This document shows positions 61,801-64,000 of a stretch of DNA of 64,000 bases, piece by piece; the first letter of the stretch is position 1; each line of letters begins with the position of its first letter. The notes beneath the pieces were generated by a model. That model ran no database searches. It worked only from the letters and a program-made list of their open reading frames with translations, and was not told where the DNA came from. The translations under genes and the position numbers were made by a program. Source of the DNA: Eledone cirrhosa (lineage: Eukaryota); NCBI GenBank assembly GCA_964016885.1, contig OZ024742.1, forward strand, positions 5,642,001-5,706,000, in the 5' to 3' direction.

Positions 61801-64000
61801 TCAGAAGCTCCAGTGTGTGGTATGTCAGAAGCTCCAGTGTGTGGTGTGTCAGTAACTCCAGTGTGGTATGTCAGTAGCTCCAGTGTGTGGTGTGTCAGTA
61901 ACTCCAGTGTGGTGTGTCAGAAGCTCCAGTGTGTGGTGTGTCAGTAGCTCCAGTGTGGTATGTCAGTAACTCCAGTGTGGTGTGTCAGAAGCTCCAGTGT
62001 GTGGTGTGTCAGTAACTCTAGTCTGGTGTGTCAGTAGCTCCAGTGTGTGGAATGTCAGAAGCTCCAGTGTGGTATGTCAGAAGCTCCAGTGTGTGGAATG
62101 TCAGAAGCTCCAGTGTGGTGTGTCAGAAGCTCCAGTATGGTATGTCAGAAGCTCCAGTGTGTGGTATGTCAGAAGCTCCAGTGTGTGGTATGTCAGTCTC
62201 TCCAGAGTGTGGTATGTCAGTAGCTCCAGTGTGGTATGTCAGTAGCTCCAGTGTGTGGTATGTCAGTCTCTCCAGAGTGTGGTATGTCAGTAGCTCCAGT
62301 GTGGTATGTCAGAAGCTCCAGTGTGTGGTATGCCAGAAGCTCCATTGTGTGGTATGTCAGTCTCTCCAGAGTGTGGTATGTCAGTAGCTCCAGTGTGGTA
62401 TGTCAGTAGCTCCAGTGTGTAGTATGTCAGAAGCTCCAGTGTGTGGTATGTCAGTAGCTCCAGTGTGTGGTATGTCAGTCTCTCCAGAGCGTGGTATGTC
62501 AGTATCTCCAGTGTGGTATGTCAGTAGCTCCAGTGTGGTATGTCAGTATCTCCAGTGTTGTATGTCAGAAGCTCCAGTGTGTCGTATGTCAGAAGCTCCA
62601 GTGTGTGGTATGTCTGTCTCTCCAGAGTCTGGTATGTCAGTATCTCCAGTGTGGTATGTCAGTATCTCCAGTGTGGTATGTCAGTATCTCCAGTGTGGTA
62701 TGTCAGTAGCTCCAGTGTGGTATGTCAGTAACTCCAGTGTGGTATGTCAGTAGATCCAGTGTGGTATGTCAGTATCTCCAGTGTGGTATGTCAGTATCTC
62801 CAGTGTGGTATGTCAGTAGCTCCAGTGTGGTATGTCAGTATCTCCAGTGTGGTATGTCAGTAGCTCCAGTGCGTGGTATGTCAGTAGCTCCAGTGTGGCA
62901 TGTCAGACTCTCCAGAGTGTGGTATGTCAGTATCTCCAGTGTGGTATGTCAGTATCTCCAGTGTGGTATGTCAGACTCTCCAGAGTGTGGTATGTCAGTA
63001 TCTCCAGTGTGGTATGTCAGTATCTCCAGTGTGGTATGTCAGTATCTCCAGTGTGGTATGTCAGACTCTCCAGAGTGTGGTATGTCAGTATCTCCAGTGT
63101 GGTATGTCAGTAGCTCCAGTGTGGTATGTCAGTAGCTCCAGTGTGGTATGTCAGTATCTCCAGTGTGGTATGTCAGTAGCTCCAGTGTGGTATGTCAGAA
63201 GCTCCAGTGTGGTATGTCAGTAACTCCAGTGTGGTATGTCAGTATCTCCAGTGTGGTATGTCAGTAGCTCCAGTGTGTGGTATGTCAGAAGCTCCAGTGT
63301 GGTATGTCAGTATCTCCAGTGTGTGGTATGTCAGAAGCTCCAGTGTGGTATGTCAGTAGCTCCAGTGTGGTATGTCAGTAGCTCCAGTGTGTTATGTCAG
63401 TATCTCCAGTGTAGTATGTCAGTAGCTCCAGTGTGGTATGTCAGTAGCTCCAGTGTGGTATGTCAGTATCTCCAGTGTGGTATGTCAGTAGCTCCAGTGT
63501 GGTATGTCAGTAGCTCCAGTGTGTGGTATGTCAGAAGCTCCAGTGTGGTATGTCAGTATCAACAGTGTGTGGTATGTCAGTATCTCCAGTGTGGTATGTC
63601 AGTATCTCCAGTGTGGTATGTCAGAAGCTCCAGTGTGTGGTATGTCAGAAGCTCCAGTGTGTGGTATGTCAGTCTCTCCAGAGTGTGGTATGTCAGTATC
63701 TCCAGTGTGGTATGTCAGTATCTCCAGTGTGGTATGTCAGTATCTCCAGTGTGGTATGTCAGTAGCTCCAGTGTGTGGTATGTCAGAAGCTCCAGTGTGG
63801 TATGTCAGTATCAACAGTGTGTGGTATGTCAGTATCTCCAGTGTGGTATGTCAGTAGCTCCAGTGTGTTATGTAAGTAGCTCCAGTGTGGTATGTCAGTA
63901 GCTCCAGTGTGTTATGTAAGTAGCTCCAGTGTGTTATGTCAGTATCTCCAGTGTGGTATGTCAGTATCTCCAGTGTGGTATGTCAGTAGCTCCAGTGTGG
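25895..64000. repeat. 22/24-bp tandem satellite GTCAG(TAA/TAG/AAG)CTCCAGTGTG(TG)GTRT, >38 kb, with higher-order repeats
   Basis: Uninterrupted array to the window end. All MSEAPV/VCQKLQ ORFs are its translations. Identical variant strings recur at fixed offsets. Confidence 0.98.

Noticed and set aside
25891-63901. Cys/Val/Ser-rich ORFs (MSEAPV..., VCQKLQ...)
   Set aside because: Products of a 22/24-bp satellite; the frame shifts with every 22-mer and stops are frequent.
25895-64000. Telomeric repeat or transcription-factor site array (TGTCA in each monomer)
   Set aside because: No canonical telomere motif, and a 5-bp match in a satellite is not evidence of binding.

Overview
Eukaryotic, gene-free, repeat-dominated window, probably from an invertebrate; the SINE sequences recall cephalopod or other mollusc repeats, which is an inference. 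It has three parts. (1) 1-9490 is a compound triplet satellite (AAC/AGC/AGT/AAT, ~24-30 bp unit). (2) ~9.5-25.9 kb is a transposon island between (TA)n tracts. It holds two decayed Penelope-like retroelements (one Naiad-type, one Neptune-type; RT + GIY-YIG), a non-autonomous Helitron, a hAT-like MITE, tRNA-derived SINEs and a three-copy element with two inverted tRNA-like heads. (3) 25.9-64 kb is a 22/24-bp GT-rich satellite with nested higher-order periods, including 1030, 1802, 2522 and 9709 bp. The main signal is in part 2: at least five unrelated hammerhead-ribozyme-bearing terminal sequences, mostly inserted as fold-back palindromes with a one-sided tail into TA microsatellites. Two palindromes fold back at predicted RNA 5' ends (a ribozyme cleavage site and a TATA/Inr start site), and one insertion is a chimera of two Penelope clades. 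No host protein-coding gene is supported; nearly all listed ORFs are repeat artefacts. Coordinates were read by eye and may be off by a few bases.
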